From a virus: DNA of 64,000 nt. The notes beneath the pieces were generated by a model, which did not search any database, was not told the DNA's origin, and saw only the letters and a program-made list of their open reading frames with translations. The stretch's first letter is position 1. The number at the start of each line of letters is the position of its first letter. The position numbers were made by a program, and so were the translations under genes. Below, piece by piece: positions 55,183-64,000 of this stretch. The stretch covers positions 44,841 through 108,840 of the IMG/VR virus record IMGVR_UViG_3300044617_000796; one strand, given 5' to 3'.

Positions 55183-55824
55183 TTACCAGGAATCTTTCAT
55201 CTCACCAGTGGTGAGGAACATCTGTTGCTTCTCATATGGAAGCATCATGTAAACAGTGTCTAGCTGATGCATTGGCAATTCAGTGATCTGCTTTGGCTCT
55301 GGTGAAGAGTCCAATGGAATCAATGAATAGTTTGTATCAGATGCTGAAGATCCTGTCCGTGAATACTTGTAGAATCTGTCAGTAATTGAACCGAATTCCT
55401 TTGCATACTCAATAAGTGTAAGACCAATATGGCGTTGGTTAAATGTTGTGTCAAGAACTCGTGGTTCCCAAACACCTGGTTCCATTTCCACCGCAACATT
55501 AATCAAAAGATGGGGCTTTGGTCTCCAAGCCTTATCAACGGTTGCTTGCTCTGTACCCCAACAACGGTAATTGAACTTTTCAAATCCCGCAGTAGAAGCG
55601 ACTCTCCACTTCCAGTTGATTGGCGATGTGATAACTGGAACATTAATTGCTGTCCCGATATTTTCATCATAGTTTTTTGAATCTTCTGTCAATTCCTGAC
55701 GGAAGCGAATGCGGTACGATTGACCAGCTTGAACCGTAAAGAATTTCTTCGGTCCTGCTGACGCACCTGGTTTTGCTACTGACTTTTCCAAGTCTTTTAG
55801 TGATTTTAATGATTGAAATGACAT
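55183..55824 (-). CDS. Single-stranded DNA-binding protein (gp32-like)
   Basis: YRIRFRQEL...WRPK..LLINV...SRTGS..SDTNYSLIP; lies between primase and polymerase. Confidence 0.7.
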   Translation of the reverse strand: MSFQSLKSLKDLEKSVAKPGASAGPKKFFTVQAGQSYRIRFRQELTEDSKNYDENIGTAINVPVITSPINWKWRVASTAGFEKFNYRCWGTEQATVDKAWRPKPHLLINVAVEMEPGVWEPRVLDTTFNQRHIGLTLIEYAKEFGSITDRFYKYSRTGSSASDTNYSLIPLDSSPEPKQITELPMHQLDTVYMMLPYEKQQMFLTTGEMKDSW

Positions 55825-55834
55825 GTTTTGTCTC

Positions 55835-56755
55835 CTATATGATTATTTCTTTGTTGTTTATAGCTTCTGCTATTTGTTCTTTAGTCATCTCCGCAGGGTC
55901 TTTAACTCCTTCGGGGATTCTTGCTACCGAGATTTCTTTGCCTCGGCACATCTCTATCATAGCACATCTCATTGCCATGCCAGCATCATCATTGTCACAA
56001 AATAAGATGACTTTATCAAAAAATCTTCTTATCATATTACCTTGATTTTTTGACACCGCAGCCCCAAGAGTTGCTACCGCATTTGGATATCCAGCTTGAT
56101 GTACGAACATACAATCCACGCTACCTTCAACCACAATAACTGAATTGTAGTTTTTAGCATTGTGAATATTGAATAAAACATCGGCTCGCTTAAAGCCTTT
56201 ATTGTATAAATATCTAGGTTGCTGGGTTGATTCTATAGCTCTACCAATAAGACCTACTAACTCATAGTTGTGAGACCTTACTGGAATAACCACACGATTC
56301 TTTTCAATTGAAAACCCAACCTCAAAGTGCCTCATTGTATCAATATCCAAACCACGCTCAATCATCGTTCTTAGCAAATTAGATTGCGTTTCGTAGTCCA
56401 GCATTAAATTATCAATTGATAACTCTTGAACATCTTCAACCTGATACTTGTAGCTATTTAACTCTTTATCAAGCTTATGGCTATCAAGATCTATGTGCTT
56501 ACTGTACGACTTACCAGTGATGTTAAAATATAGTTGTCTAAAATTGCCTTTCTTCCCACATGACGGGTTGAAGCACTGCCAGAGACCAGTTCTAACATTA
56601 ATATACATAGCGGCACTATGTGTATTCTTGTGGAATGGGCAATAGACATTTAACTCTTCACCATTGGCACTTTGAATTGAGACATTGTAGTTATTAAATA
56701 ACGATAATATCTCTTCTTCAATAGAGCTAGCTAAGAAGTTTGAATTTGTAGACAT
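55835..56755 (-). CDS. dnaG: DNA primase (CHC2 Zn finger plus Toprim)
   Basis: CPFH..CFNPSC, VVEGSVD, DNDDAG, KDPAE. Confidence 0.92.
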   Translation of the reverse strand: MSTNSNFLASSIEEEILSLFNNYNVSIQSANGEELNVYCPFHKNTHSAAMYINVRTGLWQCFNPSCGKKGNFRQLYFNITGKSYSKHIDLDSHKLDKELNSYKYQVEDVQELSIDNLMLDYETQSNLLRTMIERGLDIDTMRHFEVGFSIEKNRVVIPVRSHNYELVGLIGRAIESTQQPRYLYNKGFKRADVLFNIHNAKNYNSVIVVEGSVDCMFVHQAGYPNAVATLGAAVSKNQGNMIRRFFDKVILFCDNDDAGMAMRCAMIEMCRGKEISVARIPEGVKDPAEMTKEQIAEAINNKEIII

Positions 56756-56894
56756 CTCTACCAGCATCATAGTCTGTAATCAATTTAGTTTTACCAAAAT
56801 TTCCATATTTTTTACGAGCTTCGTCTTCCATCCAATCTCTAAGTCTGTGAAGAGTTTCAATGTCTTTGATTTCGCCTTTAACTACAGCTTTCAT
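56727..56894 (-). CDS. Small hypothetical protein
   Basis: 55-aa ORF between helicase and primase. Confidence 0.6.
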   Translation of the reverse strand: MKAVVKGEIKDIETLHRLRDWMEDEARKKYGNFGKTKLITDYDAGRDVYKFKLLS

Positions 56895-58108
56895 TAAATG
56901 TCCCACTCCTCTACCCACTTACCAGTTTCTAGATTCCATCTAAGGTAGAAACCGAAGTGCGATGCTCTACGAACTTTCCTTGATACCACCTGAAATAAAT
57001 CAGATGACAACTCTCTATGGATAGCAAGAACAAGGTCAGCGTCATATGCCAACTGCTTACTCCATGCGACTTCCTCTAGCTCTGGCGGTCTCTCTGAGTG
57101 ACCATCAGCCATAGTTACTGCAGCAACATCTATGATAGGGATACCGTTCTTTACCGCAATACGCTTAAATGCCTTAGAGAGGTTCTTAGCCTTCTCTGTT
57201 TCATTCTTAGCACCGCTTGAATCATCAAACAAGCTGTGGTAATCAAGAATAACCATGTCGGGGTGGTACTGATCAATCTTTGCTTGCACCATGTTTTGGT
57301 CTGCTGTTTCCAGCCCCTCTGATGTAACGAGATGGATAGCGTGCTTACCTTCAAAGGTAGCCTGCGCCCACTTTTCGTAACCATCAACAATCCCTGGGTT
57401 AGCTTTAATCAAGTCTGTGTTAGTGAAATGCCCTTCGCCATTGTTAAGCAATGTGTCAAGTCTCTGACCCTCTTGTTGCTTATTCATTTCCAAAGAAATA
57501 ATTAATGGTCTATAGCCAGCCTTCCAAGCATTGACCGCAAACAATCTTGCAATAAATGATTTACCAACACCAGTCCAGCCGAGCAATACAATGAAGTCTC
57601 CCGATTGCCAACCGCCAAACACTTTATCAATAACATCAATACCACTAGGGATACCAGCAATAGCCTTTGGGTTGAGAGACCTGGCTTTCAAGTCTCTAAC
57701 TCTGTCTTTCCACTCCCCAGCAAGATCAGTATCTTTTAGGTTTGATGAAAACTTATAAAGCTTTGAAGTTTCTTCCATCAAAAACGATAAAGCTTCTTTA
57801 GGACCAGACTCATTGATAAGACCATGTGCCTTAGCAACGATGCCTCTAGTCTGGTAGGACAGCGACTCCTTCTTTGCTTCATCAACATAATAAGCCAACG
57901 GTTCAGGTGTTGAAATGAATTCAAAATCCTGATGGTGTTGCTTTACTGTCTCCTTTGACGGAACTTTACTATGTGTTTCATAGTGAGAAACTATAAAGTT
58001 CCAAACATCTCTGTATTCCAAGAAGACATTCTCAACACCGCTGTTCACGGCGCTTACATAGTCTTGGGTATCAACAATAGAATTTAGAAGTCTTACTTCG
58101 TAATTCAC
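56894..58108 (-). CDS. dnaB: DnaB-like replicative helicase
   Basis: GWTGVGKS, SLEM, ILDY, AYDADLVL. Confidence 0.93.
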   Translation of the reverse strand: MNYEVRLLNSIVDTQDYVSAVNSGVENVFLEYRDVWNFIVSHYETHSKVPSKETVKQHHQDFEFISTPEPLAYYVDEAKKESLSYQTRGIVAKAHGLINESGPKEALSFLMEETSKLYKFSSNLKDTDLAGEWKDRVRDLKARSLNPKAIAGIPSGIDVIDKVFGGWQSGDFIVLLGWTGVGKSFIARLFAVNAWKAGYRPLIISLEMNKQQEGQRLDTLLNNGEGHFTNTDLIKANPGIVDGYEKWAQATFEGKHAIHLVTSEGLETADQNMVQAKIDQYHPDMVILDYHSLFDDSSGAKNETEKAKNLSKAFKRIAVKNGIPIIDVAAVTMADGHSERPPELEEVAWSKQLAYDADLVLAIHRELSSDLFQVVSRKVRRASHFGFYLRWNLETGKWVEEWDI

Positions 58109-58410
58109 TCTGTCTCCATTCTCTTTTTGGTTTCTTCCACTATGGATTTAAATTTATCAGTTGATTTCTTATCAAGCTGAGCTTTCTCTACAAACGATCT
58201 AGATTCTATTGCAAAATCAAAAACTAAGAATGGTCCTGGTCTGCTTCTTACAAAACTTTCCAATCCAAGTCTAAGGTTGTCATTCTTATAGAAACTAACA
58301 AGAGAGTCTGCGACTGCTTCTTGTCGTGGAGAGTCGGGGATGAACAGCTTATTCTGCTTTGCGCAGTAATTTTTGAAGTGTTCTATCAGTTCTGTTCCAG
58401 TTGCTATCAT
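58105..58410 (-). CDS. Hypothetical protein
   Basis: 101-aa ORF upstream of helicase. Confidence 0.7.
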   Translation of the reverse strand: MIATGTELIEHFKNYCAKQNKLFIPDSPRQEAVADSLVSFYKNDNLRLGLESFVRSRPGPFLVFDFAIESRSFVEKAQLDKKSTDKFKSIVEETKKRMETE

Positions 58411-58639
58411 TTTCTTTTTTAGCTTTCTTCCAAGTTGCTAATAGTATATCAAATTCGGAGTAACCACCGTTAACGCCATATATAACATCTTCACCCCATG
58501 CATTGATCAGACATTCTTTTCTGACCTCGCATGATTGGCAAATGTTTTTTGCATATTGAACATCCTCATGTTTATATGAGAACCAATAAATGCTGTTCTT
58601 ATCTTCAGCGCAAAGGGCTTTTGTTCTCCAATTTGCCAA
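58349..58639 (-). CDS. WhiB-like protein (divergent)
   Basis: WRTKALC...AKNICQSCEVRKECL...YGVNGG. Confidence 0.85.
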   Translation of the reverse strand: MANWRTKALCAEDKNSIYWFSYKHEDVQYAKNICQSCEVRKECLINAWGEDVIYGVNGGYSEFDILLATWKKAKKENDSNWNRTDRTLQKLLRKAE

Positions 58640-58849
58640 TTACTTCTCTGCGTCAAGCTCTTGGAGCTTCGCTTCAATTTGTGAGTCAATTGAATCCCAC
58701 AACTTGCCCCAAGACTTTTCATCATCAATACTGGATGCAATTAATCTTGCACCAGCATCAAGACGAAGTGATTCATAGTTACCCAAGTTTTTTGTGATAC
58801 CAACAGAAGCCCACAATTCAACCTGATTTTCATTTAATGGAGTTGTCAT
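58640..58849 (-). CDS. Hypothetical protein
   Basis: VGITKNLGNYESLRLDAG. Confidence 0.8.
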   Translation of the reverse strand: MTTPLNENQVELWASVGITKNLGNYESLRLDAGARLIASSIDDEKSWGKLWDSIDSQIEAKLQELDAEK

Positions 58850-58850
58850 A

Positions 58851-59291
58851 TTACCTTTTTCCTATCTTTATTTTTTCGGATATTCTAATAACTTTTGCTT
58901 GCACATTTATATTCTTGTCTGCAATAGGTCTTCCTGGCGTTCTGCCATTGAAAAATGATACCATATCGTAAACATCTTGTCTCTCATAGTAGCGCCAGTT
59001 TTTATAACTTTCACAAGTTTCACTGAATTTCTTTCCACTAGGGATAAGACCTCTTTTTTCGTACTTTCTGATTGTATCAGATCGTTTTTCAACTATCTTA
59101 GCAATCTCTCCAATTGTATAAATTCTATGCATAATCAATTCTGCATTTTCGTATGGCAAAATCAATTCTTGCTTAGTCGTTAAATCAGTTACATAGACTT
59201 TATTTAAGTTCCTTGTTATTTTTTTTACTTTTACGATGGTATCAGCGTATTTGTAAAATTTATTTAGGATTATTTTCGTCTGCAAACTCAT
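58851..59291 (-). CDS. MerR-type HTH DNA-binding protein
   Basis: YTIGEIAKIVEKRSDTIRKYEKRGLIP...WRYY. Confidence 0.85.
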   Translation of the reverse strand: MSLQTKIILNKFYKYADTIVKVKKITRNLNKVYVTDLTTKQELILPYENAELIMHRIYTIGEIAKIVEKRSDTIRKYEKRGLIPSGKKFSETCESYKNWRYYERQDVYDMVSFFNGRTPGRPIADKNINVQAKVIRISEKIKIGKR

Positions 59292-59487
59292 AACGCTCCT
59301 CTATTGTTTTGAAACCTAATGATCTCAAAATTTTATTAAGCTTTCTTACCTCAATATCCCTACTATCGGCACAATGAATGCATGTAACATCAACCCAATT
59401 CTTACGCATTGCATAATATTGAGAGCCAATCATCTTCTTACCACCGCAGAAAGTGCATCTAAAGTCTTTAACTTTATAAACCAACAT
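59260..59487 (-). CDS. Small Zn-ribbon protein
   Basis: CTFC...CIHC. Confidence 0.7.
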   Translation of the reverse strand: MLVYKVKDFRCTFCGGKKMIGSQYYAMRKNWVDVTCIHCADSRDIEVRKLNKILRSLGFKTIEERYEFADENNPK

Positions 59488-60653
59488 TAGTCTAACCAGC
59501 AGTTATACTCCGCCGTTACCATTCCTTTCTCTGGGTGAACAAAGTACAATGATTGTGACGGTCTACCAACTGCGGCTAGCACCTCAGCCGCATATGTGTT
59601 TACAGATTCAGGACTGCCAGAGATTCTTAACTGGACAGTATTAAATGTCATCTTAGTTGGTGTATGGAAATGACCAATGTAGATATCGTCAAAGTCCTCA
59701 CTCAGTGCGCCGATCTTCCAGCCATACGCTTTCTTTTGGAAAGAGTAAAATGAAGACAAGCTACCAAATTGATCGCCGTGACAGAGCATTGCTTTGTAAT
59801 TTCCAATCTTGTCAATTGCGTACCAATGACGCTCACCACGACCATCAGGAATCTTAAATTCAATCCTCTTTTCATTTTCAAACATCAATTGAGCAATGCG
59901 ATAAAGCATTCTGTCACCGTTGGTCTCAGGGTCGTGATCTCTTCTTGCCCTACCGCCGATAGAACCATGATTACCAATCACACCAACAAATGTAACTTTT
60001 TCAAAGTTTTCAAGCATGATGTTAATAAAGTTCTTAAGGATTCTTGGACCATCAACTGTGATCTGTCTGTAGAGACCACCATCAACTAAGAATGATTGAC
60101 CTGGGAAGATCAATTCACCTTCAATAATGTCACCTAAAGCCCAAATTCTAAGCTCACGAACTGGGTGGTCTTGTCTTTGGATTTCAGTAAGATTGATAAT
60201 CTTCTCAGCAAATTTGTAGATTCTTTCTTCACACACTTGTGAGTTATAATCAGGAGTGATTTTGGCAAGTTGCCAGTCAGCAATGACCGCAACGGCTACC
60301 TCTTCTCCATTCTTCTTTTTGCTAAGAACTGGCTTTGGAACTGGCTTGTACTTATTATCAGCCATGTCATCTTTTACAGCTTGATAAACTGCACTAGCCA
60401 AATCATCGCTCTTGGTTTTCAGTTTGTTATATTCTTGCTGAAGTCTTGTAAACGAGACTCTCAACTCTGGGTCTGAAACTGGCTGTTCACCAGTGATTGG
60501 ATCTTTTGGCACTTCAAATAAACCTTTCTGTCGTCTATATTTGCAGATGCCAGTGCTGTCTATTGACTTACGACAGTCTTTGTCTGCATATTTGTGATTT
60601 GCTGTATTTGGTTCAAACTCTTGGTCGCAACCTTTTGCTTCGCATATTTTCAT
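59487..60653 (-). CDS. Calcineurin-like metallophosphoesterase
   Basis: ADWQ, LGDIIEG, GNHG, HGD, GHFH. Confidence 0.88.
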   Translation of the reverse strand: MKICEAKGCDQEFEPNTANHKYADKDCRKSIDSTGICKYRRQKGLFEVPKDPITGEQPVSDPELRVSFTRLQQEYNKLKTKSDDLASAVYQAVKDDMADNKYKPVPKPVLSKKKNGEEVAVAVIADWQLAKITPDYNSQVCEERIYKFAEKIINLTEIQRQDHPVRELRIWALGDIIEGELIFPGQSFLVDGGLYRQITVDGPRILKNFINIMLENFEKVTFVGVIGNHGSIGGRARRDHDPETNGDRMLYRIAQLMFENEKRIEFKIPDGRGERHWYAIDKIGNYKAMLCHGDQFGSLSSFYSFQKKAYGWKIGALSEDFDDIYIGHFHTPTKMTFNTVQLRISGSPESVNTYAAEVLAAVGRPSQSLYFVHPEKGMVTAEYNCWLD

Positions 60654-60704
60654 AAGGTTAATTATACACGAAAAAAACTTTTTTTTTGGAAAAAGCGGTT
60701 TTTC

Positions 60705-61109
60705 TTAAAGTTTGTTTTTCTTGTTTTCTCTCGTTACTTTATTACGCTCTTTCATATTTGCACGCATTTTATCACGATGTTGCTGGGTAGGCTTCTTGCC
60801 TTCTCTATGCACAGCGCTATGCTCTGGCACTGTACAGAGGTAAAAGTTTTCTACCCTGTTATCAACCTTAATTTCATTAATATGATGTACTGTTTCCCAA
60901 GGCTCTAAAAGTCTACCTAGATAATCTTCCATGACCAATCTATGCTCGTAGACATAACCTTTGATATTGCTAGGGTGCTCTTGCTTTAGCACTCTGACAT
61001 AGCCTTTATCATCAATATACTTTCCACCGCCATAATTAGGGTTGTGCTCCCCACTAACCGATCTTACTGACCACTCAATATCTTTTCTTTGAGAGGCTAA
61101 AGAACCCAA
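60705..61109 (-). CDS. HNH endonuclease
   Basis: YEHRLVME..LGR..VHHINEIKVDNRVEN..EHSAVH. Confidence 0.9.
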   Translation of the reverse strand: MGSLASQRKDIEWSVRSVSGEHNPNYGGGKYIDDKGYVRVLKQEHPSNIKGYVYEHRLVMEDYLGRLLEPWETVHHINEIKVDNRVENFYLCTVPEHSAVHREGKKPTQQHRDKMRANMKERNKVTRENKKNKL

Positions 61110-61111
61110 TT

Positions 61112-61789
61112 TTACAGACCGCCGCCAATATCCTCAACATACAATTGGCATCTAGATGTTGAGTTAGCAGTTACTGAAATTGTTGGAGAGTTGGTTGCTC
61201 CAGAAGAGCCGAATGATCTAGAGACAGCTGCCGAGAATGATTGCTGTGACAAACCACCGCCAGTGTTTATAACAACAGAATACGCACCTGCACCAATAAC
61301 ATTGTGATCAGGATAATTCTTATATGAAATCTCCGAGGCAAGGATGTTCGCATTAGATGAAACATTATAATAATTATATGGAGGAATAGTAAAATTCCAC
61401 TGCATCAGCGGGGCGGTGTTTTCATAATAGTTACCACCCTGCACTTGCTGGTAAACCTTTAATGAAACCATTGAATCCTCAGCGCCTTTACCTCCAACTA
61501 CAAATCCAGGGAATACACATGTAACTCTTACATATCTAGATTGATCTGCATTAACTCTTCTATCAGTACCACCACCTGGGTTGGTAAGGGCAATAATAGA
61601 TTGGTTGAGGGCTACGGTGTTTGCAATTAATGTTCCACTAGTTGCTTCAATAAGTTGAATCAGACCATTAGGTTTATTATCATTAGCATCCCTAACCTGT
61701 TCAACATTTAAAGACATCTGAGCAAGGCGCTCCGATGTTAGAGGTGTTCCGTCTGTCCAAGATACAAATGTGTAATTTTCGTAAGCCAT
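61112..61789 (-). CDS. Probable virion/tail structural protein
   Basis: YTFVSWTDGTPLTSERLAQM, beta-rich, follows the tail fibre gene. Confidence 0.65.
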   Translation of the reverse strand: MAYENYTFVSWTDGTPLTSERLAQMSLNVEQVRDANDNKPNGLIQLIEATSGTLIANTVALNQSIIALTNPGGGTDRRVNADQSRYVRVTCVFPGFVVGGKGAEDSMVSLKVYQQVQGGNYYENTAPLMQWNFTIPPYNYYNVSSNANILASEISYKNYPDHNVIGAGAYSVVINTGGGLSQQSFSAAVSRSFGSSGATNSPTISVTANSTSRCQLYVEDIGGGL

Positions 61790-61807
61790 TTAACTATTAT
61801 ACCTCAT

Positions 61808-63193
61808 TTAGCCTTCTAACTCGGCAATCCTTGCTTCCAAAGAAGATATCCTTGTTCTTAAATCTTTAATATTGGCAACAGAAAGGGCAAGGATATCAAG
61901 ATGTTTATACATTTCAACTTCTCCATTACCGCCTTCTTCGTAGTTATAAACAGACAATAAACCATTACTAACCTCTTCCACTTCCTCTGCAATAAAACCA
62001 ATATTAATAGAAGACTCTCTTCTAGATCGCTCTTCTTCTGTCTCATTCTTTTTAGTATGAGGATTTTTTTTCCATATAAAAGTTACTGGTTTTAAATTAT
62101 CAATTAAAGAAATATCATTGAAATCTTGAATATTGTCTTTTAATTCTCTTTTTGAGCTTACTCTTCTAATTTCTCCAGCACTAACGCACAAGTTAGTTCC
62201 TGATCCAACGAAAGAATTAAGTCCAGTGATGTATCTTTGTGATGCAAATTCTTGTAGATTTACATACCAAGTTGCTCCAGCGAACCAAGAACTCCCTAGC
62301 CCGCTTGTATCTATATATAAGCCCTGCGAGCCTTCAGCGAATATAGAAACCTGAGTTGCGCTACCGCCAGAAGCTGTCCCAAGAAGAATCTGACCGCCAT
62401 CAACTGGCAGGAGAATACGACTTCCCACTGTAATCGTTGAACCATCTATATTGACACCAGAGATGTTAACACCAGTAATATCAGTTGATGATATTGTACC
62501 GCCCACAAGCAAATTACCACTTATTGAACCACTTGTTGCGTTTATTTCTCCATAAATCGTTGCATTTTCAGCATAAAGATTTCCAGATGCATCAACCGAA
62601 AAATTACCACTTGATGTAAATATAGCACCATTGGCATAAATACCAAAAGTACTAGCATTTGATGTTAGATTACCATTGGAGTCAATGTCAATACCTGGAG
62701 TAGAGACAGCACCTGCAGTTAATGTCCCTCTAATAGCGGTGTTTGAGAAGGCAGCAGAGCCAGCACTAGTTATAGCCCACCCAGATGTCCCTTGACTTGT
62801 AATAACACCATTAGCCGCTACAGTCCCATCAAAATTATTACTTCTAATTACATTATTAACAAGAACAATATTTGCAGCCAATGCGGTTGCCGTAATTGAC
62901 CCAGCGGCAATATTGTTTGCCTTAACTTGATTCGGCAATAGCGTGATGCCAGCAGTAGTTAATACATCCTCTCTAACAATTCTAGCGACAACCTCTTTAA
63001 ACTTTCCATAATTATTAGCTTGCGGACCATCTCTCCTAGCCTGTGTCCCCAAAAAGTCTGTTGTAAAATCATAAAGGGAATATTTTGACACATCAATCAA
63101 CGCTGAAGAAACCCCATTATGATTGTGCCCACCGTTGAAAAATATAATAGAACTTTCAGATGTACCAGTTGACAATGTTTGACGCAAAGCCAT
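61808..63193 (-). CDS. Tail fibre/spike with C-terminal intramolecular chaperone (peptidase S74-like)
   Basis: G/S/T-rich repeats; SSKRELKDNI..LKPVTF.WK..GFIAEEV..coiled coil. Confidence 0.85.
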   Translation of the reverse strand: MALRQTLSTGTSESSIIFFNGGHNHNGVSSALIDVSKYSLYDFTTDFLGTQARRDGPQANNYGKFKEVVARIVREDVLTTAGITLLPNQVKANNIAAGSITATALAANIVLVNNVIRSNNFDGTVAANGVITSQGTSGWAITSAGSAAFSNTAIRGTLTAGAVSTPGIDIDSNGNLTSNASTFGIYANGAIFTSSGNFSVDASGNLYAENATIYGEINATSGSISGNLLVGGTISSTDITGVNISGVNIDGSTITVGSRILLPVDGGQILLGTASGGSATQVSIFAEGSQGLYIDTSGLGSSWFAGATWYVNLQEFASQRYITGLNSFVGSGTNLCVSAGEIRRVSSKRELKDNIQDFNDISLIDNLKPVTFIWKKNPHTKKNETEEERSRRESSINIGFIAEEVEEVSNGLLSVYNYEEGGNGEVEMYKHLDILALSVANIKDLRTRISSLEARIAELEG

Positions 63194-64000
63194 TAAACCA
63201 CCTTCCTTACAACCATAGTTTGACTTGGTTGTGATCCATACCCTATCTCTGTACTAATAACCCAATAATCACCATTAATTATATCAAAAGAATCCATTGA
63301 AGATATACGAATTCTGTCCCCTAATTGAATTGTTGGCGTTGGGGTTACAGTTAGATTTAAAACTGGCACTGGATCGCTCATTTTAGATATTATAAAATCA
63401 GCAATAGTTTTAGCATGAGCCAGGTTTGTTATAAATTCATTCTCAATAACAATTTCTTTTAACCCATAAAGGCGAATATTGTCACTTAATGTATTAGTTT
63501 GCTCTCTAATATCGTTATTCGTTTGCTGAACAACAATTGGTATCCCAGCAATTGCAGCTACAGATTGTTCATTGTTTAATTCATCAGTTCCTTTCAGCCA
63601 AACTTCGGAACCGTCTGCGGCGTACTGAGATGCAGCAACGATCAAATTAGCTTTATAGGCATTAGGCTCATATTTTATGATTTCAACCAGTGCTGGCTTC
63701 TTATTGAAAATCCCAGAAATTAAAGGGTTTTGCACTTGATACGCTGGTGCGGCATTATAAGTTACTGTATATTGCTGCACTTCTCTAACTAATGTGTTAG
63801 CAGTGTGCGCAGCGGCTACTGTATTGAAGTAAGCCCTTGTGAGAGTATCTAAGGAATTAGCAGTCTTACTTTCATATCTAATTACTTCATCATCTAACTT
63901 AACATAACCGCTTTTTGGGAAATATGGCTTGTCTGTTGTTATCATTGGTATTGATGCCGCATTGGATGCAATATTTGCATTAAGTTTTCCAACAGCTAAT
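63193..64000 (-). CDS. Minor tail protein, 5' end outside the window
   Basis: Frame open to the window edge; LDDEVIRY..TRAYFNTVAAAH, YGLKEIVIEN, IQLGDRIRI. Confidence 0.75.
   Translation of the reverse strand, partial: LAVGKLNANIASNAASIPMITTDKPYFPKSGYVKLDDEVIRYESKTANSLDTLTRAYFNTVAAAHTANTLVREVQQYTVTYNAAPAYQVQNPLISGIFNKKPALVEIIKYEPNAYKANLIVAASQYAADGSEVWLKGTDELNNEQSVAAIAGIPIVVQQTNNDIREQTNTLSDNIRLYGLKEIVIENEFITNLAHAKTIADFIISKMSDPVPVLNLTVTPTPTIQLGDRIRISSMDSFDIINGDYWVISTEIGYGSQPSQTMVVRKVV

Noticed and set aside
2006-58108. Inteins or introns in nrdJ, terL, recA, dnaE or dnaB
   Set aside because: ORFs are continuous, of normal length, and show no splicing or homing-endonuclease motifs.
1-64000. 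Stop-codon reassignment
   Set aside because: Long conserved genes are intact under the standard code, coding density is high, and no suppressor tRNA is present.

Overview
A 64-kb slice of a large, AT-rich tailed-phage genome. The host is most likely an actinobacterium: the window has two WhiB-like regulators, many leaderless extended -10 promoters, an actinobacterial-type ferredoxin and a DnaE replicase. Layout: (1) minus-strand portal, class II ribonucleotide reductase and a glycosyltransferase (1-5.3 kb). (2) A plus-strand accessory block with tRNA-Thr, tRNA-Asn, FkbM methyltransferase, 2OG-Fe(II) oxygenase and a HiPIP-like fusion protein, followed by ferredoxin, thermonuclease and FmdB (5.4-12.9 kb). 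(3) A GC-richer island (12.9-17.9 kb) holding a stand-alone structured small RNA and eight self-contained expression cassettes plus a ninth, empty unit. (4) About 20 kb of short minus-strand orphan genes with tRNA-Arg and two flanking structured elements. (5) Terminase, recombination, glycosylation and replication genes (39-61 kb). (6) Tail genes at the right edge. The cassette array is the most unusual feature. Each unit has a covarying, strand-specific hairpin in apparently untranscribed DNA, a TTKAATACAYATT box exactly 43 bp after the start of the hairpin's right arm, a 20-bp spacer to an extended -10, a covarying 5' stem-loop, an SD, one or two small genes and a tetraloop terminator, with a 98-99 bp internal period. 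All structure and spacing statements come from manual inspection; no database search was run.
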